Positions 44,112 to 54,070 of a DNA stretch of 64,000 nucleotides are shown in pieces. A program made the position numbers and the translations under genes. Origin of the DNA: an uncultured Acidobacteriota bacterium (GTDB lineage Bacteria > Acidobacteriota > Vicinamibacteria > Fen-336); contig OY970399.1 in the NCBI GenBank assembly GCA_963720545.1, positions 1,504,001 to 1,568,000 on the forward strand, given 5' to 3'. Each line of letters begins with the position of its first letter. Within the stretch, counting starts at the first letter, position 1. The notes beneath the pieces are model-generated. The model did not search any database and was not told the DNA's origin. It saw only the letters and a program-made list of their open reading frames with translations.

Positions 44112-45758
44112 TTATCCCCCGATTACGACCGGGGGTTCGATGCCGCGCGGCGCGGTCGCGCGCGGATCGTCGGGAAGGAGCTGCGGTCCGTACTGGTCCG
44201 CCTTTTCGTCCCGCCGCCAGCGCCGCGGCACGCGTTCGATGCCCATCGGAAACAGGGTCAGGCGGCCCTCGGCATCGATATGGAAGCGCAGGAAGTTCTT
44301 GAAGTCGGGGATGCGCAGCGCCGAAAAGGCCTCGTTGGAGTGCCGGCCGAAGACGTTGAGCGAAACCAGGAAATAGATGCCGATGACCACCGACCCGAGC
44401 AGCCAGCCGCCGCCGAAGATGACCGCCGCCTTGGCCAGGTCGCGCAGCATCGCCTCGCCTTCCATGAACTGCGGCAGGTGGCGTGCGGCGCGCGCCAGCA
44501 TCACGGCGAGTCCGACGTTCACGAGGCCGTGCAGCGTTCCGGCGACCCGCCGGTACGACCGCCAGTGCGTGTCGGTGAACAGCACGTACCCGGCGCACAC
44601 CACCGCGGCGCCGAGCAGGCGGCCGAGCCCGCCCTGCGCCCACGACCAGGCGGTAAACGCGTAGATGATGCCCGTGACGACGCCGAACTTCGGGTTGATG
44701 AACGCAAACAGCAGGTTGCGCCAGGCGAGGCGCCGCGACTTCGCGGGCTCGGGATAGGCCGCCTTCAGCCTGAAGCCACCCGGCAGTTCGTCCGTGCCCA
44801 GGGAGTGCGTGGCATGGAGGAAAGCGCCGCCGCCGCCGGCTGTGACCTTGTGGATGCCGCCGTCATTTTCGTGGCGCCGGTAGTGATGGAGGTCGCCCGC
44901 CAGGTACAGCACCACGCGCGCGCCCTGGCGCTCCAGCACCTTCTCGAAATAGCGGATGTTGTTCTCGTTGGCGTCGGGATCGACCTCGCCGTACATCGGG
45001 GCATACACCCAGTGCGGCTCGGCGGTGCAGAGGATGACGCGGTCGCCCGGCTGCATGCGCGACGCCACCTTCTTGAAATACGCCACCTGGAAAGCGTCGA
45101 TATCCGAACCGAGCTGCACGTCGGCGCCGAGGAGCCAAAAGCCGTGCGGCAGCTTGAGCGCGAAATAGCTGCGCTTCTGCGCCGTCCGCCAGCCCTGGAA
45201 CCAGCGGCCGCTGCAGAACAGGCGCGAGAACGACACCAGGCTGTCGTACCAGTCGTGGTTGCCGGGAATCGCGAACACCGTCGGTTCGGGCGCGCGCGAG
45301 TAGTCGCGCGCGGTCTCGAACGGCCGCACCAGCCGACGGTGGTACTCGCCGCGGCTGGCGGACGGATAGACGCAGTCGCCGCCGAGAATGAGGATGTCGC
45401 CGCAGCGGGTCTCTGCCGCGGCACCGCCGGCACCGGCGGCGGCGAGCGTCGGCCGCGTGATCCAGTAGGCGACCGCATAGGTGCTGTCGAAGCCATCGCC
45501 GGTGTCGGCGAGGTAGTCGAACCAGATCTCGCTGCGCGGCTCCCCCGCGGCGTGGGTGAAGTCGTACTCGGCGTCGGCGCCCTGCGTCGCGAGCGCCTCG
45601 ACCAGCCGGTAGTCGGAGTGACGGCCAAAAAGGGTCGAGATCAGCACGTTGCTCGCGACGCCGACGAGCGGTCCGGGATCGAACCAGCGCACCATCTTCT
45701 GGCGCTCGACCGGACCGGGCGTCGGCGCGACCTTGATGGTCGGTTCCTGAAAGGGCAC
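44112..45758 (-). CDS. Calcineurin-like metallophosphoesterase with C-terminal TM segments
   Basis: ADTGDG, GGDCVYP, PGNHDWYD, AGDLHHY, GGGGAFLH. Confidence 0.85.
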   Translation of the reverse strand: MPFQEPTIKVAPTPGPVERQKMVRWFDPGPLVGVASNVLISTLFGRHSDYRLVEALATQGADAEYDFTHAAGEPRSEIWFDYLADTGDGFDSTYAVAYWITRPTLAAAGAGGAAAETRCGDILILGGDCVYPSASRGEYHRRLVRPFETARDYSRAPEPTVFAIPGNHDWYDSLVSFSRLFCSGRWFQGWRTAQKRSYFALKLPHGFWLLGADVQLGSDIDAFQVAYFKKVASRMQPGDRVILCTAEPHWVYAPMYGEVDPDANENNIRYFEKVLERQGARVVLYLAGDLHHYRRHENDGGIHKVTAGGGGAFLHATHSLGTDELPGGFRLKAAYPEPAKSRRLAWRNLLFAFINPKFGVVTGIIYAFTAWSWAQGGLGRLLGAAVVCAGYVLFTDTHWRSYRRVAGTLHGLVNVGLAVMLARAARHLPQFMEGEAMLRDLAKAAVIFGGGWLLGSVVIGIYFLVSLNVFGRHSNEAFSALRIPDFKNFLRFHIDAEGRLTLFPMGIERVPRRWRRDEKADQYGPQLLPDDPRATAPRGIEPPVVIGG

Positions 45759-45777
45759 TTTGCTGGTTCCGCGCGGA

Positions 45778-47286
45778 TTATAGCGACGGCTGAAAGAGCA
45801 CGCCGGGTGCCAGCTTGCCGCCGGGGTCGAGAGCCTGCTTCACGGCGCGCATCGCGGCGATGCCCTCCGCGCCGTGGAGCCGGCGCAGCATCTCCTGCTT
45901 CAGCGGGTTGCGGCCGACGCCGTGCTCGGCGAGCGGCGAGCCGCCGAAGGCGATGGCGCGGTCGGCCAGTTCGAGGAGGGCCTCGCGGCCGCTTCGGTAC
46001 TCGGCAAGCGAGCGCGGCAACACGTTCGCGTGCAGGTTGGCGTCGGAGACGTGGCCCCAGATCGCGTGGTCGAGCCCGCGCGCCGTGAACGTGCGGCGAT
46101 ACTCGGCCTGCATCTCCCACATGTGCGCGAACGGCACGATCATGTCGGCGGCAAGTTTCTGCACACCCGGATCGACGCTGCGCTGCGCGGCGGCGATGCG
46201 GTGGTTGACGAGCACCGGCACCGCCTCGCGCCAGCCAAAGAAGCGCGCGGCCGCGGCGCGTTCGCCGGGCATCGCCACCAGCACGGCGTCCGCGGCCAGT
46301 TCGTCGCCGGCGGCCCCCAGCAGTTCCTGCAGCGCCTGCGCACCATCGTCGGCGGCTGCCAGCTGCACCAGCAGCGCCCCGCTGGCCGGCGGCGGCGCAG
46401 CGGCGGCATCGGCCTCGCGCAGCAGCTCCAGGCAGCGCGCGTCGAGATACTCGATCGCCACCAGTGAACGTGCCGCTGCGCGCAGCGCGGCGGCGAGCGC
46501 CAGCGCGCCGCCTTCGCCGGGGCACGAAATCCATGCCGTGAGCATCGGCTCTCGCGGGAGGATGCGAAGCGTTGCCTCGAGCACGATGCCGAGCGTGCCT
46601 TCGCAGCCGATGAAGAGGTCGACGAGGTCCAGGTCGTTGCCGGCGTGATAGCCGGCCGAGCACTTGGGCACGGCTGGCAACGGGTAAGACGGCGCTGGCA
46701 CCGAAAGCGTCGAGCCGTCCGGGACCTCGACCTCGAAGCGTCCCAGGGCCGCGCGGCAGGCGCCGCGCTCGATATCGAGGACGTAGCCGCTCGCGAGCAT
46801 CACGCTCAGGCCCTCGACCCAGGCGCGCGTCGCGCCGTGGCGAAAAGTCTGGGCGCCGGCGGCGTTCGTCGCAATGGTGCCGCCGACGAAGGCGCCGTCG
46901 AAGGTCGGCGCGGGCGGATAGAACCGCCCGGCCGCGGCGAGATGCTGCTGCAGCGTGCGCAGCGCGACGCCCGCGCCGCAGCGCACCGTAGACAGGGTGG
47001 GTGGATCCAGCCGCGCCAGGTTTTCGGTCGCGAGCAGCCACTCGCCGCGTGGAGTCGCGCCGCCGGTCAGGGACGACTGCGCGCCGATGGCGAGCACCGC
47101 GGGCGCCGCGCGCAGCACCCAGGCGGCTTCGCCCTCGGTGCGCGGAAAGGCGGCAAGCGCCGCGCTGCCGCCCGAGGTGCTGGCCGCGTCCTTCAGGTAG
47201 CCGCCGGCATCCTCGCCGCGCAACAATCGCGGCTCACGGACCGCGCCGTGCGGTGCGCGCGCCTTGATGCGGTTCGTCGTGCTCAG
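45778..47286 (-). CDS. FAD-linked oxidase, GlcD/D-lactate dehydrogenase family
   Basis: GAQSSLTGG, GGTIATNAAG, GCEGTLG, WGHVSDANLH, AEHGVG, DPGGKLAPG. Start uncertain (CTG 47286 or a downstream TTG). Confidence 0.85.
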   Translation of the reverse strand: MSTTNRIKARAPHGAVREPRLLRGEDAGGYLKDAASTSGGSAALAAFPRTEGEAAWVLRAAPAVLAIGAQSSLTGGATPRGEWLLATENLARLDPPTLSTVRCGAGVALRTLQQHLAAAGRFYPPAPTFDGAFVGGTIATNAAGAQTFRHGATRAWVEGLSVMLASGYVLDIERGACRAALGRFEVEVPDGSTLSVPAPSYPLPAVPKCSAGYHAGNDLDLVDLFIGCEGTLGIVLEATLRILPREPMLTAWISCPGEGGALALAAALRAAARSLVAIEYLDARCLELLREADAAAAPPPASGALLVQLAAADDGAQALQELLGAAGDELAADAVLVAMPGERAAAARFFGWREAVPVLVNHRIAAAQRSVDPGVQKLAADMIVPFAHMWEMQAEYRRTFTARGLDHAIWGHVSDANLHANVLPRSLAEYRSGREALLELADRAIAFGGSPLAEHGVGRNPLKQEMLRRLHGAEGIAAMRAVKQALDPGGKLAPGVLFQPSL

Positions 47287-47525
47287 CGCCGCAGGTGCCC
47301 GATCTTCGACTGCAGGAAAGCCCGCAGCCGGGTGAACTCTGCGAGCTCGCCGCGCTTCAGGCAGGCCGCCGCGTCCTGCGCCTTCGCCGCCAGTGCCGGC
47401 TGGTCCATGCCTTCCAGTTCCTCGCGCACCTGATGGATCTTCTCGGCGATGCTGTCGAGCGTGCCGACCCCCGTGGAGTTGAGGATTGCGAGCAGCACGT
47501 CGATGCGGGCCAGGGTGGGGGTCAC
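47283..47525 (-). CDS. Small hypothetical helical protein
   Basis: 80 aa with natural composition; -10 box 6 nt upstream; stop overlaps the next gene. Confidence 0.65.
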   Translation of the reverse strand: MTPTLARIDVLLAILNSTGVGTLDSIAEKIHQVREELEGMDQPALAAKAQDAAACLKRGELAEFTRLRAFLQSKIGHLRR

Positions 47526-47552
47526 GCGGCCAAGCTATCATTGAAGGAGATC
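47526..47552. promoter_or_regulatory. Candidate bidirectional promoter with overlapping -10 hexamers
   Basis: AAGCTATCAT: TATCAT (+, 47536-41) and TG-a-TAGCTT (-, 47537-32) share the TA. Confidence 0.5.
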
Positions 47553-48515
47553 ATGCCCAAGAAAAGCGAGTATCAGGTGGTCATCCTCGGTTCCGGCCCC
47601 GCGGGCCTGACGGCGGCCCTCTATGCCTCGCGCGCCGAACTGAATCCACTGGTCGTCGAGGGCGGCGGCGGTTCGGACCCCACCGACGTCGCCGGCGGCC
47701 AGCTGATGCTCACCACCGACGTCGACAACTACCCCGGCTTCCCCGAGGGGATCCTCGGCCCGGAGCTCATGGACCGGATGCGCCGCCAGGCGGAGCGGTT
47801 CGGCGCCGAGTTCGCGACCGGCGAGGTGACCGCCGCGCATCTTGGCGAGCGGCCGTTCGACCTGACCCTGAGCGAAGGCGAAAAAGTCAGCGCCGGGACC
47901 CTCATCGTCGCCACCGGCGCGCGCGCCAAATGGCTGAACCTGCCCGAGGAACTCGAGTTCCGCACCCGCATCGGCGGCGTCTCGGCGTGCGCCACCTGCG
48001 ACGGGTTCTTCTACAAGGGCAAGGACGTGGTGGTGGTGGGCGGCGGCGATACGGCGATGGAAGAGGCGACGTTCCTCACCAAGTTCGCGCGCAGCGTGAC
48101 GGTGGTGCACCGCCGCGCCGAGCTGCGCGCCTCGAAGATCATGCAGGAGCGCGCCCGGGCGAATCCGTCCATCAAGTGGCAGTTCGACAGCGTCGTCGAG
48201 AAGATCCTGGGCGGCGAGGGCGACGGCGTGACCGGCGCGCTCATCCGCAACCTCCACACCAACGCCGTCACCGAGATGAAGACGCAGGGCATCTTCATGG
48301 CGATCGGCCACGAGCCCAACACCGCGGTGTTCAAGGGCGTTCTCGACATGGACAACGGCGGCTACCTGCAGACGATCGACGGCACCACCGAAACCAACGT
48401 CCCCGGCGTGTTCGCGGCGGGCGACGTCACCGACCACCGCTATCGCCAGGCCGTCACCGCCGCCGGCAGCGGCTGCATGGCGGCAATCGACGCGGAACGG
48501 TTCCTGAGCCACTGA
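47553..48515 (+). CDS. trxB: Thioredoxin reductase
   Basis: GSGPAG, GGQL, NYPGF, CATCDG, GGGDTA, HRR, GDV...YRQA. Confidence 0.95.
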   Translation: MPKKSEYQVVILGSGPAGLTAALYASRAELNPLVVEGGGGSDPTDVAGGQLMLTTDVDNYPGFPEGILGPELMDRMRRQAERFGAEFATGEVTAAHLGERPFDLTLSEGEKVSAGTLIVATGARAKWLNLPEELEFRTRIGGVSACATCDGFFYKGKDVVVVGGGDTAMEEATFLTKFARSVTVVHRRAELRASKIMQERARANPSIKWQFDSVVEKILGGEGDGVTGALIRNLHTNAVTEMKTQGIFMAIGHEPNTAVFKGVLDMDNGGYLQTIDGTTETNVPGVFAAGDVTDHRYRQAVTAAGSGCMAAIDAERFLSH

Positions 48516-48519
48516 CTCC

Positions 48520-49698
48520 TTGAAGATCCTGTTCCTCGCGCCCCAGCCGTTCTTCGAGGTGCGCGGAACGCCGCTGGCGGTGCGGGCGATGGTCGCTGAG
48601 CTGGCGCGGCTCGGGCACCAGGTGGAGCTCCTGACGTATCCGCAGGGAACTGCCGTCGATCTTGGCAACGTGCGCCACCTGCGCAGCCTGCCGCTGCCGG
48701 TCGGGCGGGTAAAGCCGGGCGCGTCGTTCGCGAAGCTCATCCTCGACGTGCCGTTCCTCGTGGCGGCGAAATGGCGGCTCATGACCGGCCGCTACGACGT
48801 CGTGCATGCGGTCGAAGAGGCCGCGCATCTCATCGCGCCCGCGGCGCATCTCTTGCGCGTGCCGCTGGTCGCCGACGTCGACTCCTCGATCCCCCACCAG
48901 CTTCGCTATTCGGGCTTCGCCCGGCGCGGCCCGATATTGTGGGCGGCGCGCGCGCTCGAATCGTTCGCGCTGCGCCATGCGGTCGCGGCGATCACCGTGT
49001 GCCGCAGCCTCACCGACGTGGTGCGCGAGGCGGCGCCACGCACGCCGGTGTTCCAGATCGAAGACCCGCCACTCGTCACTGCCGTCACCACCGACCTGGC
49101 GCGGCTCGGCGAGCTGCGCGCGCGGCTTTCGCTGGGACCCCTGCCGATCGTCCTCTACACCGGCAACTTCGAGAAGTACCAGGGCGTCTCGCTGTTGGTC
49201 GAAACCTCTGCCCGCGTCGACGGCGCCACTTTCCTGGTGGTTGGCGGCCGGCCCGGCGAGGTCGAAAAGCTGCGTGCCGTCGCCGCAATGGCAGGCGTCT
49301 CGGACCGGGTCGTCTGCACCGGCGCGCGCCCGCCCACAGAGCTCGCCGATTATCTCGGCCTCGCCGACGTGCTGATCTCGCCGCGCACCGAAGGCACCAA
49401 CACGCCCTTCAAGCTGTACACGTACATGGCCTCGGGCAAGCCGGTGGTCGCGACGCGCATCGAGTCGCACACCCAGGTGCTCGGCGACGACACGGCGTTC
49501 CTGGCCGAACCCACCGCCGAATCGCTGGCAGCGGCGGTGCGCGAAGCGATCCTGCATCCGGCGATGGCCGCCGCCCGGGCGGCGGCAGCCCAGGCGCTGC
49601 TCGGGCGCGAATACAGCCAGGAACGCTACGCGCAGAAAGTCACGGCGGCGTACGCGGAGATCGAGCGCCGCATCGCGGCGCGGCGCGGCGCACGCTAG
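48520..49698 (+). CDS. Glycosyltransferase family 4
   Basis: PFFEVRGTP, YTGNFEKYQG, PFKLYTYMASGKPVVAT. Confidence 0.88.
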   Translation: MKILFLAPQPFFEVRGTPLAVRAMVAELARLGHQVELLTYPQGTAVDLGNVRHLRSLPLPVGRVKPGASFAKLILDVPFLVAAKWRLMTGRYDVVHAVEEAAHLIAPAAHLLRVPLVADVDSSIPHQLRYSGFARRGPILWAARALESFALRHAVAAITVCRSLTDVVREAAPRTPVFQIEDPPLVTAVTTDLARLGELRARLSLGPLPIVLYTGNFEKYQGVSLLVETSARVDGATFLVVGGRPGEVEKLRAVAAMAGVSDRVVCTGARPPTELADYLGLADVLISPRTEGTNTPFKLYTYMASGKPVVATRIESHTQVLGDDTAFLAEPTAESLAAAVREAILHPAMAAARAAAAQALLGREYSQERYAQKVTAAYAEIERRIAARRGAR

Positions 49699-49704
49699 CC
49701 GCAG

Positions 49705-51810
49705 CTACTGGAAATCGCGGGGAATCGTCTCCTCGTAGTTCTTCTCGCGGATCACCGTGCCGTCCTGCAGCATTCGTTTCTTCGAGATGAAGTAAAAGTT
49801 CTTCAGGTCGCTCTTGAACAGCACGTCGTTCTCGAAGCGCAGCCTGCGGTTCGCAAGCTCGAAGGTGAGCGAGTAGGTGCCGTGCGCGGAGGCTGCTTCG
49901 GGATGGTCGTCCGACAGCTGGTGCACGATCTTCTCGTCGAAGAGTTCCTTGCCCCACGGGAATTGCGAGCCGCTCTTGTTGATGGCGGTGACGGTGGTGG
50001 TGCGGGTGGGAATGTCGCGCTCGATGCGTGAGACCTCGCCGTAGCCCGACGACGTTTCCTCCGGTTCCTCGAGCGTCTGGTAGCCGGGCATGTCGGGGGC
50101 GGCTTCCGGCGGCAGGAATTGCGGCCTGCCCAGCGGCGCTTGCGGCTGGCCGGGGATGACAGGCAGCGTGACGCGCGTCGGATCGGTTCCGCCGAGGCGC
50201 AGCGTCGTCGTCATCTTGTAAGGCGTGGGCCACAGCATCGGCCACTGCGCGTTCGCGACGGTGAAGCGCATGCGGTGGCCCTTCGCGAACACCCACGAAG
50301 TGAAATGCATCTCGATGTCGAGCGGGAACTCCTTGCCGGGCTCGAGCGCCTCGGGATTCTCGGCGGAGTGGCGGTGCGCGCCGTTGAAGCCGGCTGCCGC
50401 CACCTGCGTGACGGTGCCGTCCGCGGCCACGTCGCTGAGGCGCACGTACCAGTGGGCGAGCGGCGCGTCGGCCGAGACGTTGAGGTGGGCCACCGGCAAG
50501 CCGAGGATCTCGAGCGACTCCGGCACCGGGTCCGAATCGTAGACGAGGCTGAGCGCATCGGTCGGCCGCTGGTCGGGCGCGACATCGCCGAACCACATCA
50601 CCGGGCCGCCCGCCTCGATTCCCGACGTCGGCACGTAGCGCAGCCGGTGCGTGGCGGCAGGCGCCGCTGCCGCCGCGAGCGTGTGGTTGGGCTGCGGCTG
50701 CATCACCTGCGGCCGGGTGCGCGCGATGGGCCAGCCGGCCTCCCAGCGCCACTTCCCCGGAGCCACGTCGAGGTGCGGGCCGGGCGGGTGCCAGTCGCGC
50801 ACGTAGACAGCGAACCGCGGCTCTTCCATGATCCCGGTTTCGCGGCCCTTCAGGAACTTGTCGAAGAAGCGCACCGCCTCGTGGCGCCACTCCATCCCCG
50901 GGTTCGGGTACGGCTCGTGCGGGAACGCGTGCGACCACGGCCCGATCATCGCCTTCATCGGCGCGCCCTTCACGTGCTCGAGCATGCGCGGCAGCGAGTC
51001 GCGGTAGCCGTCGTACCAGCCGCCGATCAGGAACCCCGGGACCTTGATCGAGTCGTAGCGCTCAACGAGCGCGGTGCGCTTCCAGAACGCGTTGTAGCGC
51101 TGTTGCGGCTTGTAGGTGAGCATCCATGGCGGGGTGTCGAAGCGCTCCTTGAAGAGCGCCTCGTCGATGCGGAAATCGGGCGCGCCCGGGAGCGAGTTGT
51201 GCAGGTCCTGGCTCATCTCCCACGAGTCCACGTGGATGATGCCGTCCATGAAGTGCACGTCGTCCTGGTAGAGGTCGTCGGTGGCGTCGATCGCGATGAA
51301 GGCCTTCAGCGCGGGCGGGTTGCGCATCGCCATGTGGATCGAGTTGAACCCGCCCCACGAGATGCCGAACATGCCGACGTTGCCGTTCGCGAACGGCTGC
51401 TTCGACAGCCAGTCGATCACGACCTCGCCGTCCTGCTGCTCGATGTCGCTGTACTCGTAGGGGATGATGCGCCCGGTGCTGTTGCCGGTGCCGCGGATGT
51501 CCACCCGCGCCACCACGTAGCCGCGCTTCACGAAGTAGGAGTACATCGACCAGTTGCGGCCGCGCGACTCGGTCTTGCGGTACGGCAGGTATTCGAGGAT
51601 GACGGGAAAGCGCTCGCCAGCGGCGGCGCCGTCCGGCATGTAGAGGTCGGCTGCGAGCGTCACGCCGCCGGGCAGCGGAATCGTGGCGTCATCGAGGCGC
51701 ATGCCGTATTTCGCGGGCGATGCGGGAAGCGGCGCGGCAGCGGACGCCGCGGCCGGCGCCAGGGCGGCAAGGAATAGAAATGCGGCGGCTCGCGAGCGCG
51801 TTGTCCTCAT
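49705..51810 (-). CDS. CocE/NonD family serine hydrolase
   Basis: Signal peptide; LPYRK, DIRGTG.S.G, GISWGG, GGWYD, GPWSH, PepX_C-like C-terminal domain. Confidence 0.9.
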   Translation of the reverse strand: MRTTRSRAAAFLFLAALAPAAASAAAPLPASPAKYGMRLDDATIPLPGGVTLAADLYMPDGAAAGERFPVILEYLPYRKTESRGRNWSMYSYFVKRGYVVARVDIRGTGNSTGRIIPYEYSDIEQQDGEVVIDWLSKQPFANGNVGMFGISWGGFNSIHMAMRNPPALKAFIAIDATDDLYQDDVHFMDGIIHVDSWEMSQDLHNSLPGAPDFRIDEALFKERFDTPPWMLTYKPQQRYNAFWKRTALVERYDSIKVPGFLIGGWYDGYRDSLPRMLEHVKGAPMKAMIGPWSHAFPHEPYPNPGMEWRHEAVRFFDKFLKGRETGIMEEPRFAVYVRDWHPPGPHLDVAPGKWRWEAGWPIARTRPQVMQPQPNHTLAAAAAPAATHRLRYVPTSGIEAGGPVMWFGDVAPDQRPTDALSLVYDSDPVPESLEILGLPVAHLNVSADAPLAHWYVRLSDVAADGTVTQVAAAGFNGAHRHSAENPEALEPGKEFPLDIEMHFTSWVFAKGHRMRFTVANAQWPMLWPTPYKMTTTLRLGGTDPTRVTLPVIPGQPQAPLGRPQFLPPEAAPDMPGYQTLEEPEETSSGYGEVSRIERDIPTRTTTVTAINKSGSQFPWGKELFDEKIVHQLSDDHPEAASAHGTYSLTFELANRRLRFENDVLFKSDLKNFYFISKKRMLQDGTVIREKNYEETIPRDFQ

Positions 51811-51811
51811 T

Positions 51812-52717
51812 TTAGAGATGCGTCTCCCCCGGGTCGCAGTCGAGGCTTTCCACCTGCACCGTCACGTGCTGTATCTCGAAGTCGCGGCTCAGGCACTGGC
51901 GCACGGCGGCGAGCACCTCCTGGTGCGACGCGCCGGCGGCGAGCACCGCATGCGCGCTCAAGGCGTTGACGCCCGAGGTCAGCGTCCAGACGTGCAGGTC
52001 GTGCACGCCGAGCACGCCCTGCACGGCGCACACGGCTTCGCGCAGCGCCGCCAGGTTGACGTTCGCCGGCGTGCCCTCGAGCAGCACGCCCACCGATTCG
52101 CGCAGCAGCTGCCAGGCGCGCGGCAGGATGAAGAGCGCGATGCCGATCGAGACCAGCGGATCGGCGTACGCCCAGCCGGTGAAGCGCATGACGACGCCGG
52201 CGACGATGACGCCGAGCGAAGCGATCATGTCGCCGAGCACCTCGAAGTACGCCGCCTTGACGTTGAGGCTGTGCGCCGAGCCCGATTGCAGGAGCAGCGC
52301 GCCCAGCGCATTGGCGACGAGACCGACGGCCGCCACCGCCAGCATCGTCCCGGTCGCCACCGGTTCGGGATTGCGCAGGCGGTTCCATGCCTCGAGCGCG
52401 ATCGAGATCGAGATGCCGGCGAGCAGCACCGCGTTCGCGAGCGCCGCCAGGATCTCGACACGGTAGTAGCCGTAGGTGCGCGCGGGCGTTGCCGGCCGCT
52501 CCGCGAACCTGACGGCGAACAGCGCGAGCCCCAGGCCGGCGATGTCGGTTGTCATGTGCGCGGCGTCGGCGAGCAGAGCCAGGCTGTTCGACAGGATGCC
52601 GCCCGCGACCTCGACGACCAGGACGATCGCGGAAAGACCCAGCACCAGCGCGAGGCGCCCCTTCTGTTCGCCGGCGCGCGATGGACCGTGCGCGTGGCCG
52701 GCGTGGCTGTGGCTCAT
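51812..52717 (-). CDS. czcD: CDF family Zn/Co/Cd efflux transporter
   Basis: His-rich N-terminus, SLALLADAAHM, TYGYYR.E, HDLHVW, HVTVQVE. Confidence 0.9.
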   Translation of the reverse strand: MSHSHAGHAHGPSRAGEQKGRLALVLGLSAIVLVVEVAGGILSNSLALLADAAHMTTDIAGLGLALFAVRFAERPATPARTYGYYRVEILAALANAVLLAGISISIALEAWNRLRNPEPVATGTMLAVAAVGLVANALGALLLQSGSAHSLNVKAAYFEVLGDMIASLGVIVAGVVMRFTGWAYADPLVSIGIALFILPRAWQLLRESVGVLLEGTPANVNLAALREAVCAVQGVLGVHDLHVWTLTSGVNALSAHAVLAAGASHQEVLAAVRQCLSRDFEIQHVTVQVESLDCDPGETHL

Positions 52718-54042
52718 GGCACGTCCGGCGCTTCGGTCGGCGCCGTCATTTCGCTGAAGCCGTAGCTCGGGTTCCACAGCTGCTTGCGGAAGCTCGGCAC
52801 CAAGGACGCGCAGAGAACCGCGGCGACGGCAGCGGCCATCAGCAGCCGCGCGCGCCCGGGTCGCGCCGAAGCGCGCAGGGTTGACACCGCGGCAGCGAAC
52901 ACGAACAGCACCGGCATCACCGGCAACCGGTAACGCGCGAAGCCGTGGGTTGCCACGTGCAACATCATGTAGAGGAACAGCAGCTCCAGGAGCCAGATGG
53001 CGTGGCGGCCCAGCGGCACGCGCGCCAGGGCGGCAACGAACAGCGCCAGCACGGCGAGATAGGGAGCGAGCACCACCACCGCGGTCGCAATCGCCGCACC
53101 GCGCGCGACGCTGCCGTAGGCGCCGCGGCGGATGTGGATGAGCGCCAGGCTGTCGGCTTCCCAGAAGTTCGGCAGCTGCTCGCCCAGCTTCTCGAAGAGC
53201 CAGCCGGGCTGGCGGTCGCGGATTGCTTCGAGCCCCATGCCCATGGCGAATCGGTACTGTTCTATCCTGCCCTGCACGGCTTCGTAGCGATCGTAGACCT
53301 CCTGCCGTGTCAGGCGCGCATTGCCCTGGAAGAGGTTGAGGCCGCCGGCTGTGGAGACCGGCACGAAGGCGCGGAAGCGAAGATAGTTGCGCAGGGTCCA
53401 GGGTGCCACCGTGAGGAGTGCGACGAGCAGCAGCAACGCGCCGCGGCGGGCGCCACCGGGGCGGGACGCGCGCCACGCAAGGCCCACGGCGAAGAGCGGA
53501 ATGAAGTAGAGCACGGTCTCACGGGTGAGAACGGCGAGGCCGAAGAGCAAACCGGCGGCTGCTGCCGCGCCCAGGCTTGCGTTGCTGTCGGCCGCAAGCA
53601 GGCGCTCGATCGCCCACCACAGGAACACGATGAACAGCGTTTCCGACCAGAAGTGCACGCTGAACCACGTGAGCTCGGGATAGAGCGCGGTGATGAGCGC
53701 GGCGCAGAGCGCCGCGCGTGTGCCGTAGAGGCGATCCGTGATGCGGTACACCGCCGGGATCAGGAGCAACGAAACCAGGACCTGCGCCACCTTGACCGCG
53801 GTGAGCGTGCCGAACGGCGCGAACACCAGCGCGATGAAGTAAGGATAGAGCGGCGGATAGAAGATCATGTTGGTGCGCAGCGGCGAAAGCGAGACGCGCG
53901 GCGAGAGCAAGCCGTCGATCGCCCAGTTGGTCCAGGTGCGCTCGTCGGCGACCGGCGCCGTCTGCGGTTCGAGCCACAAGAACAAGGCCCGGACGAAGAG
54001 CCCGAGCAGCACGACGAGGGCGAGGCGGGAGAGCCGGGGCAT
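52714..54042 (-). CDS. GT-C membrane glycosyltransferase (ArnT/PMT-like)
   Basis: Early DE motif, YPPLYP, SETLF, PWTLRN, RYRLP; multiple TM helices. Confidence 0.8.
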   Translation of the reverse strand: MPRLSRLALVVLLGLFVRALFLWLEPQTAPVADERTWTNWAIDGLLSPRVSLSPLRTNMIFYPPLYPYFIALVFAPFGTLTAVKVAQVLVSLLLIPAVYRITDRLYGTRAALCAALITALYPELTWFSVHFWSETLFIVFLWWAIERLLAADSNASLGAAAAAGLLFGLAVLTRETVLYFIPLFAVGLAWRASRPGGARRGALLLLVALLTVAPWTLRNYLRFRAFVPVSTAGGLNLFQGNARLTRQEVYDRYEAVQGRIEQYRFAMGMGLEAIRDRQPGWLFEKLGEQLPNFWEADSLALIHIRRGAYGSVARGAAIATAVVVLAPYLAVLALFVAALARVPLGRHAIWLLELLFLYMMLHVATHGFARYRLPVMPVLFVFAAAVSTLRASARPGRARLLMAAAVAAVLCASLVPSFRKQLWNPSYGFSEMTAPTEAPDVP

Positions 54043-54070
54043 GCGGGGGCTTTTCGGACCTTAGCGGATA

